Origin: Bdellovibrionales bacterium
GTDB lineage: Bacteria; Bdellovibrionota; Bdellovibrionia; Bdellovibrionales; Bdellovibrionaceae
Reading direction: 5' to 3'
Length of the DNA stretch: 64,000 nucleotides
NCBI GenBank assembly: GCA_031370005.1
Contig: JANMPT010000097.1
Span: 32,001 to 96,000 of the forward strand
This document shows, in pieces, positions 35,684-45,239 of this stretch. Under the pieces are notes generated by a model that made no database searches, was not told the origin of the DNA, and worked only from the letters and a program-made list of their open reading frames with translations. The translations under genes were made by a program, and so were the position numbers. Positions within the stretch are counted from its first letter, which is position 1, and every line of letters starts with the position of its first letter.

Positions 35684-38251
35684 TTAATTCATGTCTTTGT
35701 CTTGAGTTCTAAAGTCTTCAAGGTTTTTTTGCCATTGGGCAATCTGATTCAAAGCATCCAAGGGAGTGGTCTTTGTTAAAGAATATTTTTTCACTTCCTG
35801 CATGAAAGATAAAACTCTTTCGTGTTCAGTGAAAATTGGCTCTTCAAAAGGTATGTCTAAAAGCGATAACTGACTGGTAGGAGAGTCCATCTTTTTGGAT
35901 TCAATGGACCTCAATAAGCTCTTCGCACGACGAACAACCACTTGCGGCAAACCTGCAAGCTCAGCCACCTGGATACCATAAGATTTTGTTGCTGACCCCC
36001 GTACTAAGGTATGCAGAAAGCGAATCTCTCCCTGACAATCTGCTACAGTCATATGTGCATTTTGAATTTGAGGGTAAAAGCTTTCTAGCTGAGTTAACTC
36101 ATGATAGTGAGTTGCAAAAAAAGTTGTGGTTTTTACATCCGACAGTAAGTGCTCGAGAATAGACTGAGCCAAACACATTCCATCAAAAGTACTAGTTCCA
36201 CGCCCCACCTCGTCCAAAATAACTAAAGACTTTTGCGTGGAATTCTTAAGCATGGCTGCAGTTTCAGTCATTTCAACCATAAAAGTTGAAAGTCCTTCTG
36301 AAAGCTGATCACTTGCTCCGATGCGCGTAAAAATAGCATCAAAGATTGGTAAGATAGCCTGATCCGCAGGGACAAAACAGCCTATTTGCGCAAGAATTGA
36401 AGTTAAAGCAACTTGTCGCATAATCGTTGATTTTCCAGCCATATTAGGCCCCGTTAGCAACAAGCAGTCACCAGGCTTTAACTCTATATCGTTAGAAACA
36501 AAGCCTTTTTTAACCGTTTGCTCAACCACAGGGTGACGAGAGCCTTTAAGAATTAAATCTCTTTTTTCAGAAAGCTTTGGTCGAACATATTTTTCCTCAT
36601 GGCTTAGCCACGCAAAAGAAGTAATCACATCAAGTTCACTACACTCATGAGCAAGCATTACCAACTCAGGCCCCATAGATAAGACCTCACGACGAAGGCC
36701 TTCAAAATACTCAAGCTCCAAATCCTCTCGCTTAGCTTGAGCCGTCAGAACTTTTCTTTCAAGCTCAATCAAAGCATCTGTGCAGTACCTTTCGGCATTT
36801 GCAAGGGTTTGCTTCCTTTGGTAATGCTTAGGCACCTTATCTTTATGAGTATTGGTGATTTCAATATAGTAACCAAAGACGTTGTTATATCGTATTTTAA
36901 GACTTGTGATTCCTGTTTTTTCACGCTCATCAGCTTCCATTCGAGACAGAAGACTCTGCGAGTGGGTTGATAACTCTATTAGTACGTCAAGCTCCTCAGA
37001 TACTCCCTTGCGAATTAGATAACCTTGTCTTGTCGTAAGAGGCGGGTCTTCCACCAAAGTATTTTCAATTTTTATAGTAAGCTTCTGCAATTTCTCAAAC
37101 GCTAAAGACTTCACATTTTCGGACGGGCTTAAAGTCAAAGACACTTTTAAAGACATTTCTAAAGAACTTAAACCCGCACGAATACTCTGTGCTAAAGTTA
37201 ACAAATCGCGTCCGTTGGCCTGAGGTTGAGAAATCTTACCAAGACGACGCTCAACATCTCCCATCAGAGAAAGCATCTGACGGATATGTTTCATCTCCGC
37301 GAGGTGCCTCCCCCAGAGTTCGACTTTGTCATAGCGTGTTTCAATACTTTTTTGGTCAAGTAAAGGGAAGCTCAACCATTGTCGAAGCATACGACTTCCC
37401 GCGGAAGTCTTCGTACGATTAATTGCAAAAAACAAAGAGCCAAGACCTTCACCTTTATAGGTTGAAAAAATCTCAAGGTGTCTCAGGGTAATCGGCGTGA
37501 GCTCAAGGCGCTTCTGAAAATCCCGTTCCTCAAACTTGGAAAGAGTTTTTAAAGACTCTTCTCCGCCCAATGATTTGACATAGGAAAGTAGCCTGGCCGC
37601 TGAAAGTGGCGTATCTACAGACAACAGTGGATGAGGTAGATCAATGGTCATATCATGTAGACTCACCAGCATCTTTTGCAAACTCGTGGTCTTTCTTTGT
37701 TCATCATCGAAAATTGATTTTTCTTTGGACGATAAAACAATCTCTGCCACCGGTAGAACCTCTAAAAACCTCTTAGTGCTTGCAAAGTCCTTCGATCTAA
37801 AAAAGAATGATTCACCTGTTGTAGTATCAAGGAAGCTTATGGATTCTTTATCAAAGCTCACCAGATAGTGGGCCATCGTTCCATCTAAAGTATCCGAATC
37901 ATAGACCATGCCTGGAGTTAGAACACGGGTCACAGCCCGTTTTACGATACCTTTCGCCAGCTTTGGATCTTCCACTTGATCGCAAATGGCGACTTTATAA
38001 CCCTGGGCGAGAAGTTTATTAATAGGTCCCGCAACAGAATGATGGGGCATTCCGCACATAGGGGTTTCATCTTGGGATTTCTTATTTCTCTGTGTTAAAG
38101 CAATTCCTAAAATAGGTGCAGCCCTAACGGCGTCTTCATAGAACATCTCAAAAAAGTCGCCCATTCTAAAAAGCAAAAACTTATCTTGATGTAGTGACTT
38201 AATATCCCAATATTGTTTCATTAAAGGCGTTAAATTCTCAGCATTTGTCAT
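35684..38251 (-). CDS. mutS: DNA mismatch repair protein MutS
   Basis: TPLMKQY, FRMGDFFEMF, TGPNMAGKST, STFMVEM, DEVGRGTST, FATHYHEL, SYGIQVA. Confidence 0.98.
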   Translation of the reverse strand: MTNAENLTPLMKQYWDIKSLHQDKFLLFRMGDFFEMFYEDAVRAAPILGIALTQRNKKSQDETPMCGMPHHSVAGPINKLLAQGYKVAICDQVEDPKLAKGIVKRAVTRVLTPGMVYDSDTLDGTMAHYLVSFDKESISFLDTTTGESFFFRSKDFASTKRFLEVLPVAEIVLSSKEKSIFDDEQRKTTSLQKMLVSLHDMTIDLPHPLLSVDTPLSAARLLSYVKSLGGEESLKTLSKFEERDFQKRLELTPITLRHLEIFSTYKGEGLGSLFFAINRTKTSAGSRMLRQWLSFPLLDQKSIETRYDKVELWGRHLAEMKHIRQMLSLMGDVERRLGKISQPQANGRDLLTLAQSIRAGLSSLEMSLKVSLTLSPSENVKSLAFEKLQKLTIKIENTLVEDPPLTTRQGYLIRKGVSEELDVLIELSTHSQSLLSRMEADEREKTGITSLKIRYNNVFGYYIEITNTHKDKVPKHYQRKQTLANAERYCTDALIELERKVLTAQAKREDLELEYFEGLRREVLSMGPELVMLAHECSELDVITSFAWLSHEEKYVRPKLSEKRDLILKGSRHPVVEQTVKKGFVSNDIELKPGDCLLLTGPNMAGKSTIMRQVALTSILAQIGCFVPADQAILPIFDAIFTRIGASDQLSEGLSTFMVEMTETAAMLKNSTQKSLVILDEVGRGTSTFDGMCLAQSILEHLLSDVKTTTFFATHYHELTQLESFYPQIQNAHMTVADCQGEIRFLHTLVRGSATKSYGIQVAELAGLPQVVVRRAKSLLRSIESKKMDSPTSQLSLLDIPFEEPIFTEHERVLSFMQEVKKYSLTKTTPLDALNQIAQWQKNLEDFRTQDKDMN

Positions 38252-38296
38252 CGTAGAACAGTGTTAACTAGACCAAAAAAAACTAGCAAGAAAGAT

Positions 38297-38343
38297 GCAG
38301 TGCAGTACTAGAAAGTAGGCCGTACTTCCTAGTACTGCACTGC
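38297..38343. repeat. 47-nt near-perfect inverted repeat between mpl and mutS
   Basis: GCAGTGCAGTACTAG-a-AAGTA-ggccg-TACTT-c-CTAGTACTGCACTGC: 20 paired positions, 1 mismatch. Confidence 0.9.
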
Positions 38344-38348
38344 GAAAT

Positions 38349-39755
38349 TTAAGACAAGGCAGAGAGGAGCTTAGTGTAGATGCCGTCGAAGCCGCCATTG
38401 CTCATGATTAGAATTATATCTCCACTGTGAGCACGAGATTTCAGAGCATTGACGATGGCCTCAGATGAATTAAAAGCATTGGCAAGCACCCCAGATTTTT
38501 TCAAATCATAGATCAATTCATCACTTGAAAAACGATTCTCAGCCTCAATCTTAGATTGGTCGAAGGCTTCGGCTAACATTACTTCGTGAGAGCCCTTAAA
38601 TGCCTCGACATAATCTTGCTGAAACACCTTTCGTCGCGAAGTCGCGGATCTCGGCTCGAAAACAGAGAACACTTTACGCCCTGGATATTTGCCCTGAATC
38701 CCTTTGACCGTTTCACGTACAGCTGTTGGATGATGAGCAAAATCTTCAATCACCAAAATCCCCTTTGGTTCTCCTAAGATTTCCTGACGCCTTTTGACAC
38801 CTTCAAAAGATCTCAAAGCTTCTTTAATTTTTTCAGAGTCAAAACCCAAATGCGTCGATAAAGCGACCACCGAAGTAGCATTTAAAATATTGTACTCACC
38901 ACTCATATTTACAAAATAAATGCCAAGTAATTGATCTTTAAAACTAACCTGGAATTCAATTCCCTCAGTAGTTTCTTTTAAAATTGTTGTTTTGAAATCA
39001 CCACCCTTAAGGCCGTAAGTAAATGAGTTCTTACACTTTGATTCTTTAAAAAGCTCCATAACGTTGGCATCATCAGCACAAGCAATCAGAGTTCCATCCT
39101 CAGGAACTAGCTTAATCAATGTACGAAAAGCCTCTTTCACTGCACTGAGATCTTTATAGATATCCGCATGATCAAACTCAACTGAAGTCAAAATAACGTG
39201 GCGAGGTTTATAGTGAATAAATTTTGGTACCTTATCAAAAAAAGCTGTATCGTACTCATCTCCCTCAATCACAAAAAAATTCTTTTCCGGATTTCTAAAC
39301 GACTTTGAAAAGTTCTTTGCGACACCACCAATAAGAAATCCTGGTTTTTCCCCACAAACCTCTGCGACCCAACTCATTAAAGAAGTTGTGGTCGTTTTTC
39401 CATGGGTCCCAGAAATATTAATACACTCTTTATCAGCAATAATAAATTCGCCCATGGCTTTCGGCAACGATGTATACGGAATGCCAAGCTTAACAAGCTC
39501 TTGGGCTTCTTCGTTATTTGCAGAAATTACGTTACCAACGATAACAAAATCTGGCTTTGGATGAAGATTTTCAGCCTTGTAGCCTTTCATAATAGGGATA
39601 CCCAAGGATCCTAGTTGCGTAGACATCGGTGGATATGGATTTAAATCACTTCCCGAGACATTAAAGCCTCGATCTTTCAATAGACCAGCAAGACTTGCCA
39701 TAGCTGTTCCACAAATTCCCATTAAATGAATGTGACTGTTAGGCTTTAAATTCAC
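38349..39755 (-). CDS. mpl: Murein tripeptide ligase Mpl
   Basis: HLMGICGTAMASLA, GSD..PYPPMS, GTHGKTTT, EGDEYDTAFFDK, FDHADIY, DFAHHPTA, FEPRS, MSNGGF. Confidence 0.95.
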   Translation of the reverse strand: MNLKPNSHIHLMGICGTAMASLAGLLKDRGFNVSGSDLNPYPPMSTQLGSLGIPIMKGYKAENLHPKPDFVIVGNVISANNEEAQELVKLGIPYTSLPKAMGEFIIADKECINISGTHGKTTTTSLMSWVAEVCGEKPGFLIGGVAKNFSKSFRNPEKNFFVIEGDEYDTAFFDKVPKFIHYKPRHVILTSVEFDHADIYKDLSAVKEAFRTLIKLVPEDGTLIACADDANVMELFKESKCKNSFTYGLKGGDFKTTILKETTEGIEFQVSFKDQLLGIYFVNMSGEYNILNATSVVALSTHLGFDSEKIKEALRSFEGVKRRQEILGEPKGILVIEDFAHHPTAVRETVKGIQGKYPGRKVFSVFEPRSATSRRKVFQQDYVEAFKGSHEVMLAEAFDQSKIEAENRFSSDELIYDLKKSGVLANAFNSSEAIVNALKSRAHSGDIILIMSNGGFDGIYTKLLSALS

Positions 39756-40813
39756 ACGGCACTCTTTCTGAATCCCTCAACGATCCAATTATGAATTTCT
39801 GGACGAAGTTTTGCAAAAGACTTATTCTCTCGACCATACAAAACTCTATTAGATAAAATTGCTACACCAAAATCTGCTTTTGGATCATACCACATGGAAG
39901 TTCCAGTAAAGCCAGTGTGCCCAATAGACAGCAAGGAAAAATGATTTCCACAACTTGCCGCGCCAGGCGTTGGCATCATATAGCCTAGAGCCCAATCCCC
40001 CATTCCCTGAGGACGCGCGCGAGAGGCAAATAGCTTTGCAGTTTTTTGTTTCACTGAATATCGCGCAATTCCTAAAAGCTGAGATCGAATATTCAGTAAG
40101 GACCACGAAACATCATCCATGCTGCCAAAAAGTCCTGCGTGGGTAGAGACTCCCCCCAGAGCCCAACAATTCTCATCGTGAACTTCCCCAACCATAAGTT
40201 TTTTGCGCCAAGAACATTCTTCTGTTGGCGCATAAAGGTTTAACCGATATTTGGGCGTATTCTTATCATGAAACTCTAAAGTTGTTCCCGCATAGAACTT
40301 GTCTTTAATTCCATCCCAAATCGCTAACAAATTATCCTTAAAAAACTCTTCGACTAAAAATCCTAAAACCAAAAAGCCGACGTCTGAATAGACGCTGTTC
40401 GGAGTATCAGAAATTTCAAGATTTTGAATAATCTCTTTTAATTTTTCCCGTCTTTTTTCCAAAGACAAAGAAAGATCAATGTCCTTATAAAAAGGCAACC
40501 ACCAAGCAAGTCCTGAAGAATGAGTGAGCAGGTCCTGCACACGAATTCCAGAATGAGGAAACCATGGCAAGAACTCTTGTATATAAGAGTCCAAATTCCA
40601 TTTTTTTTGTTCAAAAGCCACCATCATTGCTTGAACAGTAAAAATAATCTTGGTCAAGCTGGCAAGATCGTAATACGCATAAACATCCCCCACACTCACG
40701 TCACATACCATGCGGCCTCCCTGGTATGCGCGCACAATTACTCCCGGAGAGGTATCAGTAATACGAGACTTCAATTGCTGCATTAATTTTTTTTCAAGAA
40801 TTGAATACTTCAT
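39752..40813 (-). CDS. Beta-lactamase-family serine hydrolase (AmiE/YbbE-like)
   Basis: DLASLTK (SxxK), LLTHSSGL, YSD, GEVHDEN, HAGLF, GHTGFTG; no signal peptide. Confidence 0.88.
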   Translation of the reverse strand: MKYSILEKKLMQQLKSRITDTSPGVIVRAYQGGRMVCDVSVGDVYAYYDLASLTKIIFTVQAMMVAFEQKKWNLDSYIQEFLPWFPHSGIRVQDLLTHSSGLAWWLPFYKDIDLSLSLEKRREKLKEIIQNLEISDTPNSVYSDVGFLVLGFLVEEFFKDNLLAIWDGIKDKFYAGTTLEFHDKNTPKYRLNLYAPTEECSWRKKLMVGEVHDENCWALGGVSTHAGLFGSMDDVSWSLLNIRSQLLGIARYSVKQKTAKLFASRARPQGMGDWALGYMMPTPGAASCGNHFSLLSIGHTGFTGTSMWYDPKADFGVAILSNRVLYGRENKSFAKLRPEIHNWIVEGFRKSAV

Positions 40814-41736
40814 TTACTAGCCCCCTCGGCACTAATCCAAAGAGAGCCTTTCGTTCCGCCAGACAAAATCGCCTCTGTATAAAGTGGCATAGGCCTCTGA
40901 ATGACTCCGTGTCCGGCCTCCACTCCACTAAAAATTGGAATATCCAAACGCTCTGCCCAGGACTTAAAAACCTGAGGCCATAACGCTTTTCCATCGGCCT
41001 CTTCTCCACCGAGGAACTCCCCAATCAAAAGTCCTTTGCATTTTTTAAATAATCCCACTTGGTCAAAATGTTCCAAAATTCGGTCTATTCGATAGCCGCG
41101 CTCTCCGAGATCTTCAATAAAAAGAAACTTACCATCGGTCTTAACTTGATAAGGAGTCCCAATGCTACTTTGTAGCACAACGAGATTCCCCCCAACAACA
41201 GATGCCTTTATCTTTCTTAAATTCAACGCCGCTTTATTCATAGCCTTGAGTTTTTTAAACTCAATACTCTTGGACTTTCCAAACAAAATATTCATGGTTT
41301 CATTTTCAATTTTTTTAGGAACTTTTCCACTTCCCATACGATCTAAAAGAGAGGCATGAAGGGTTGGCCAGTTCCACCTTTGTTCAAAATACAAATGCAA
41401 AGAGGTTATATCACTTATTCCAACAAGTAACTTTTGTTTGGGTGGCTTTTTAATCTTATCCAAATAAGGCAAAAGTTTATTAGATCCATATCCGCCACGA
41501 AGGCACCAAATAATTTTTGAATCCTTTGCTTCCAGGGCCTCACGTAAAAAAACAAAACGTTTCTCGTCGCTGTTAGAATGAAGAAAATGTTTTTGTATCA
41601 AATTTTTTGGAATGCGAGGCTTCAATCCCCACTTCAGTAAAAACTGCCTGGCAGTCTCTATCTCTTCCAAAGTTGAAGCGTACCCAGGAGCGACAACATC
41701 TACGACATCGCCTTTTTCTAAATAACTCCAACTCAT
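40810..41736 (-). CDS. ldcA: LD-carboxypeptidase (S66)
   Basis: RGGYGS, GISDIT (Ser), GGNL, FIEDLGE (Glu), GHG (His). Confidence 0.92.
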   Translation of the reverse strand: MSWSYLEKGDVVDVVAPGYASTLEEIETARQFLLKWGLKPRIPKNLIQKHFLHSNSDEKRFVFLREALEAKDSKIIWCLRGGYGSNKLLPYLDKIKKPPKQKLLVGISDITSLHLYFEQRWNWPTLHASLLDRMGSGKVPKKIENETMNILFGKSKSIEFKKLKAMNKAALNLRKIKASVVGGNLVVLQSSIGTPYQVKTDGKFLFIEDLGERGYRIDRILEHFDQVGLFKKCKGLLIGEFLGGEEADGKALWPQVFKSWAERLDIPIFSGVEAGHGVIQRPMPLYTEAILSGGTKGSLWISAEGASK

Positions 41737-43022
41737 TAAAGCCCCCTTTTCATGGCAACTTTAATGGATTTCTTATGTTTTTTACCGCTAAATATTTCAT
41801 CTAGTTCTTTAGCTTTTAAATACCGAGAAGTCTCTGGATCACCCAAAATCTTTTCTCGAAGATGCTCCCCCTTAGACAGACTATGGCTCAACCTTTGAAT
41901 ATGGGCATAGGCCATTTCGCGACCGAGGCCCTTATTAACTAGAGCCAACAATAGGTGAGAACTAAATAATTGCCCCTGAGAACTTTCGATGTTTTCAAGC
42001 ATGCGTTTTTTATTTACTACGAGACCTTCCATTAGGCTTGTCATTCGGCTCACTGCATAGTCACTAACAATAAAGGCATCAGGAAAAATCACACGCTCAG
42101 CTGAAGAATGACTGATATCACGTTCATGCCACAATGGAATATTCTCCATTGCTGTAAAGGCATATGCTTTCACCAAACGAGCAAGACCTGTAATATTCTC
42201 CGCACTAATTGGATTTTTTTTATGCGGCATAGCCGAGGAGCCCTTTTGACCTTTACTAAAGCCTTCCGTAACCTCGCCAACTTCGCTTCTTTGCAGATGA
42301 CGAAGTTCAATTGCAAGCCTTTCAAGTCCACCCATCATTAAGGCAAGGCTTATAATTATTTCTGCATGACGGTCGCGCGGAATAACTTGCGTAGCAATGA
42401 CTTCAGGTTTTAATTTGAGCTTCTTAGCAACTTTTGACTCTACCTCTACCCTCATACTGGAGTAGGTTCCAACTGCACCACTCATTTTACAGATCATCAT
42501 CTGGTCCAGCGCATTTAAAATTCGTTTTTTATTGCGACGCAACTCCGCTAAGAAACCTAATATCTTAAAACCAAATGTCGTGGGCTCAGCAAGCATGCCA
42601 TGAGTACGCCCAGCGCAGAGCGTATCTTCATGTTTTTTTGCTACACTCAAAAGAGTTTTCTCTAAGATGTCCATCGACTTCATAAGAAGCTCACCTGCTT
42701 CACGAATTTGCAAGCTAAAGGCTGTGTCTAACACATCAGAGCTCGTCAAACCGAAATGAATGAACTTTCCATGGGGTCCTACGTTTTCAGCTACATTGGA
42801 AACAAAAGCGATGACGTCATGCTTTGTTTGTTTTTCAATTTCTGCAATTCTCTTTACGCTAAAGCGACCTTTTTCAGTAATTGATTTCGCAGCAGAACGA
42901 GGAATCAAACCCATCTGAGCCTGAACCTGTGCAAGTGCTATTTCTACTTCGAGCATTTTTCCAAAGCGATGATCCAAATCCCAAATCATACCCATTTCAG
43001 GGCGAGTGTAACGTTCAATCAC
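41736..43022 (-). CDS. purB: Adenylosuccinate lyase
   Basis: MIERY, HDVIAF, HFGLTSSD, GRTHG, GSSAMPHKKNP, WHERDISHSS. Confidence 0.97.
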   Translation of the reverse strand: MIERYTRPEMGMIWDLDHRFGKMLEVEIALAQVQAQMGLIPRSAAKSITEKGRFSVKRIAEIEKQTKHDVIAFVSNVAENVGPHGKFIHFGLTSSDVLDTAFSLQIREAGELLMKSMDILEKTLLSVAKKHEDTLCAGRTHGMLAEPTTFGFKILGFLAELRRNKKRILNALDQMMICKMSGAVGTYSSMRVEVESKVAKKLKLKPEVIATQVIPRDRHAEIIISLALMMGGLERLAIELRHLQRSEVGEVTEGFSKGQKGSSAMPHKKNPISAENITGLARLVKAYAFTAMENIPLWHERDISHSSAERVIFPDAFIVSDYAVSRMTSLMEGLVVNKKRMLENIESSQGQLFSSHLLLALVNKGLGREMAYAHIQRLSHSLSKGEHLREKILGDPETSRYLKAKELDEIFSGKKHKKSIKVAMKRGL

Positions 43023-44304
43023 GGCGTTCTCTTTCTTTCCGCTGTTGTAAAAGCTTCCACCACTTCGACAAGCTCCCGCAAATCAAAGTTTGATTCTCAA
43101 ATTGGTCATCCCAGGAATAATTTTTCCAGACTTCAGCTCCATCCAAATAGACATTATTAAAACTCATCTGTCGTCGACGAGACGTCAAACCCTCGCCATA
43201 AACTGGAAAGGAAGAAGGACCAATTTGTGAGTATGTATAATAAAACTCCTGAGGATAAGATTGAATCTCAGGCAAAGTTGAAGGCAAGCGCTCCCGTATA
43301 ATTCCCATGATTTTTTCACCACGAATACGCAGATACTCTTTGTTAAATCTTTGAACATTTGGGATGCGAATCCAAACATCAAACTGATCCTCAAGTGCCG
43401 TCCTTTGTATAACCATCATATTCTGATGAGTCCAAGGACTGGTTATTTGGTTTAGAACTAACATGTGTATGGGTAAACAATCACGCTCTGGACATGCTGA
43501 CATTTTTAAGCGGTAACGAATCCAACACCACTCTGGCTCTAATGCCCCCTCAGGGAATAGAGCCTTAGCGATTTTTGGCGCCACAAAATAAGATTCTTCA
43601 CTGCTTAACATCCACACAATTTGATCCACATGCATAAGCCCCGAACGCTCGCCGTGAATTTCTACGCCAGAGATCGTTTTATTATTTTTAAAAGAAAGAT
43701 CAAGAAGTTCAGTCTTTTGATGAACTTCAATTTTTTTCTGAGACAACCACTCAATAGACTTCTGCTGACCAGCTCGAGTGGCCTTACGAACTGCAAAAGG
43801 GTTCATAAGCTTCAAGGGCTTACCTACAAGACTGGCCCTTGCGCTCGGAACATAAGTAGTAGAACTCAACTGATGAGCCAAATGCATAATCCAAGATTCT
43901 TTGAAATTCTCAGAAGCCCACTTTTGAATTCCTGAAATATTTTTATAAGTCAACTTGCCGCTCATCAAAGATTCACAGACTTCTTTATTCTGATTATTTT
44001 TTTGTAACCGATACTGTGTCAAAGAGCTTTTTAATTCCAAGGGGCCATCCTCTAGCCACATTGTAAAACCTTGATCAACAGATTCAAAAGGATCTTCTAA
44101 AAATACACGTTCACCTTGAGAGTCGGTGGTTTCATCTGATTTAAAAAAACCAAAGGGCCCTTCAATATCCTCAGGCGGCCAAAACCCCAGTTTCGAAGTC
44201 ACATCAATTAAAACAACAGGGATGTTTTCTCGCTGCAGCTCTGCTGCCAGCCAATAGCCCCGCCCATAGGCTGATACGATAAGAACAGATGTGTTTAGGT
44301 CCAT
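43015..44304 (-). CDS. Hypothetical protein with a degenerate Rossmann/FAD-binding-like N-terminus
   Basis: VLIVSAYGRGYWLAAEL..IPVVLID beta-alpha-beta pattern. 429-aa ORF overlapping the purB start. Confidence 0.55.
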   Translation of the reverse strand: MDLNTSVLIVSAYGRGYWLAAELQRENIPVVLIDVTSKLGFWPPEDIEGPFGFFKSDETTDSQGERVFLEDPFESVDQGFTMWLEDGPLELKSSLTQYRLQKNNQNKEVCESLMSGKLTYKNISGIQKWASENFKESWIMHLAHQLSSTTYVPSARASLVGKPLKLMNPFAVRKATRAGQQKSIEWLSQKKIEVHQKTELLDLSFKNNKTISGVEIHGERSGLMHVDQIVWMLSSEESYFVAPKIAKALFPEGALEPEWCWIRYRLKMSACPERDCLPIHMLVLNQITSPWTHQNMMVIQRTALEDQFDVWIRIPNVQRFNKEYLRIRGEKIMGIIRERLPSTLPEIQSYPQEFYYTYSQIGPSSFPVYGEGLTSRRRQMSFNNVYLDGAEVWKNYSWDDQFENQTLICGSLSKWWKLLQQRKERERRD

Positions 44305-44465
44305 AGAATGATTAGAAAATTCCTAATGTTCAAAGTCAAAGACTCAGTTACATTTTCATGGACAAATACCGCCTTATTGATCCAACTTGAGATTTTTGTG
44401 TCTCAAATAAGGACCTACCTTCAGTTTTCCATGTTTTTTCGCGATAATAGAGACAGGGGGATACC

Positions 44466-45239
44466 GTGAAAATTCTATTGATTACGTTGATGAGTCTGTG
44501 TTCATTGGCGGCTCCTGCCTTAGCACAAAATTATTTAGCAGATAAGCCTGCTGTTTCTAATAAACATTATCTTTTAGCTCAAACTGATCCAGATGAGGCT
44601 TACGACCCTTTCAGTGATTATAGTGAATTCGATGAGGCCACGGATGAAGAAGCAGATATCAATTTTTTCAGAAATGGCCGTTTCTTTACAGTAGGTCTAG
44701 CTGCTGGAATGCGCGACTTCACTGGCAATTTTTCAAAAATCTATTCTAGTGCGCCGACTTTTGGTCTTTACCTAAGTTATTTCTTTGATCTTCGCTTGGC
44801 TTTTTCATTAGGCTTCCTCACTGGCGATAATGCTGTTAATATTGGCACTGCTGCGGGAAGTTATACAGGAAATGTCTCGTTTACCTCTTTAAATTTTGAC
44901 CTCAAGTATTACTTGAATACTCAAAATGTAACCCGCGGCCTTGCTGATTTAAATCCCTATATAATTGGTGGATTTGCACAATTCTATCGTACCTATACCC
45001 TATCAGGTCTTGAGGGCTATAGCCGAGACCAAACCATGGGCATCGAAGCCGGCGCGGGCCTCGAGGTACCACTCATGCGTAAAAAAGCTTTTCTTGGAGT
45101 TCAAGCAATGTATCATTATGTGAACTTCAGTGATGAAAACGGTAAGTTTCTCAATGATGGGACAAGCTCTATTCCACTGACAAACACTATTTCAGGAGAT
45201 ATCTACGATATATTGGTTATCTTAGGAATGAACTTCTAA
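44466..45239 (+). CDS. Outer-membrane beta-barrel protein
   Basis: Signal peptide, acidic N-terminal segment, alternating beta strands, LNPYIIGG, C-terminal Phe (LGMNF). Confidence 0.8.
   Translation: MKILLITLMSLCSLAAPALAQNYLADKPAVSNKHYLLAQTDPDEAYDPFSDYSEFDEATDEEADINFFRNGRFFTVGLAAGMRDFTGNFSKIYSSAPTFGLYLSYFFDLRLAFSLGFLTGDNAVNIGTAAGSYTGNVSFTSLNFDLKYYLNTQNVTRGLADLNPYIIGGFAQFYRTYTLSGLEGYSRDQTMGIEAGAGLEVPLMRKKAFLGVQAMYHYVNFSDENGKFLNDGTSSIPLTNTISGDIYDILVILGMNF

Noticed and set aside
38297..38343. CRISPR repeat or IS end
   Set aside because: Single copy, no spacers, no cas or transposase genes, no evident target-site duplication.
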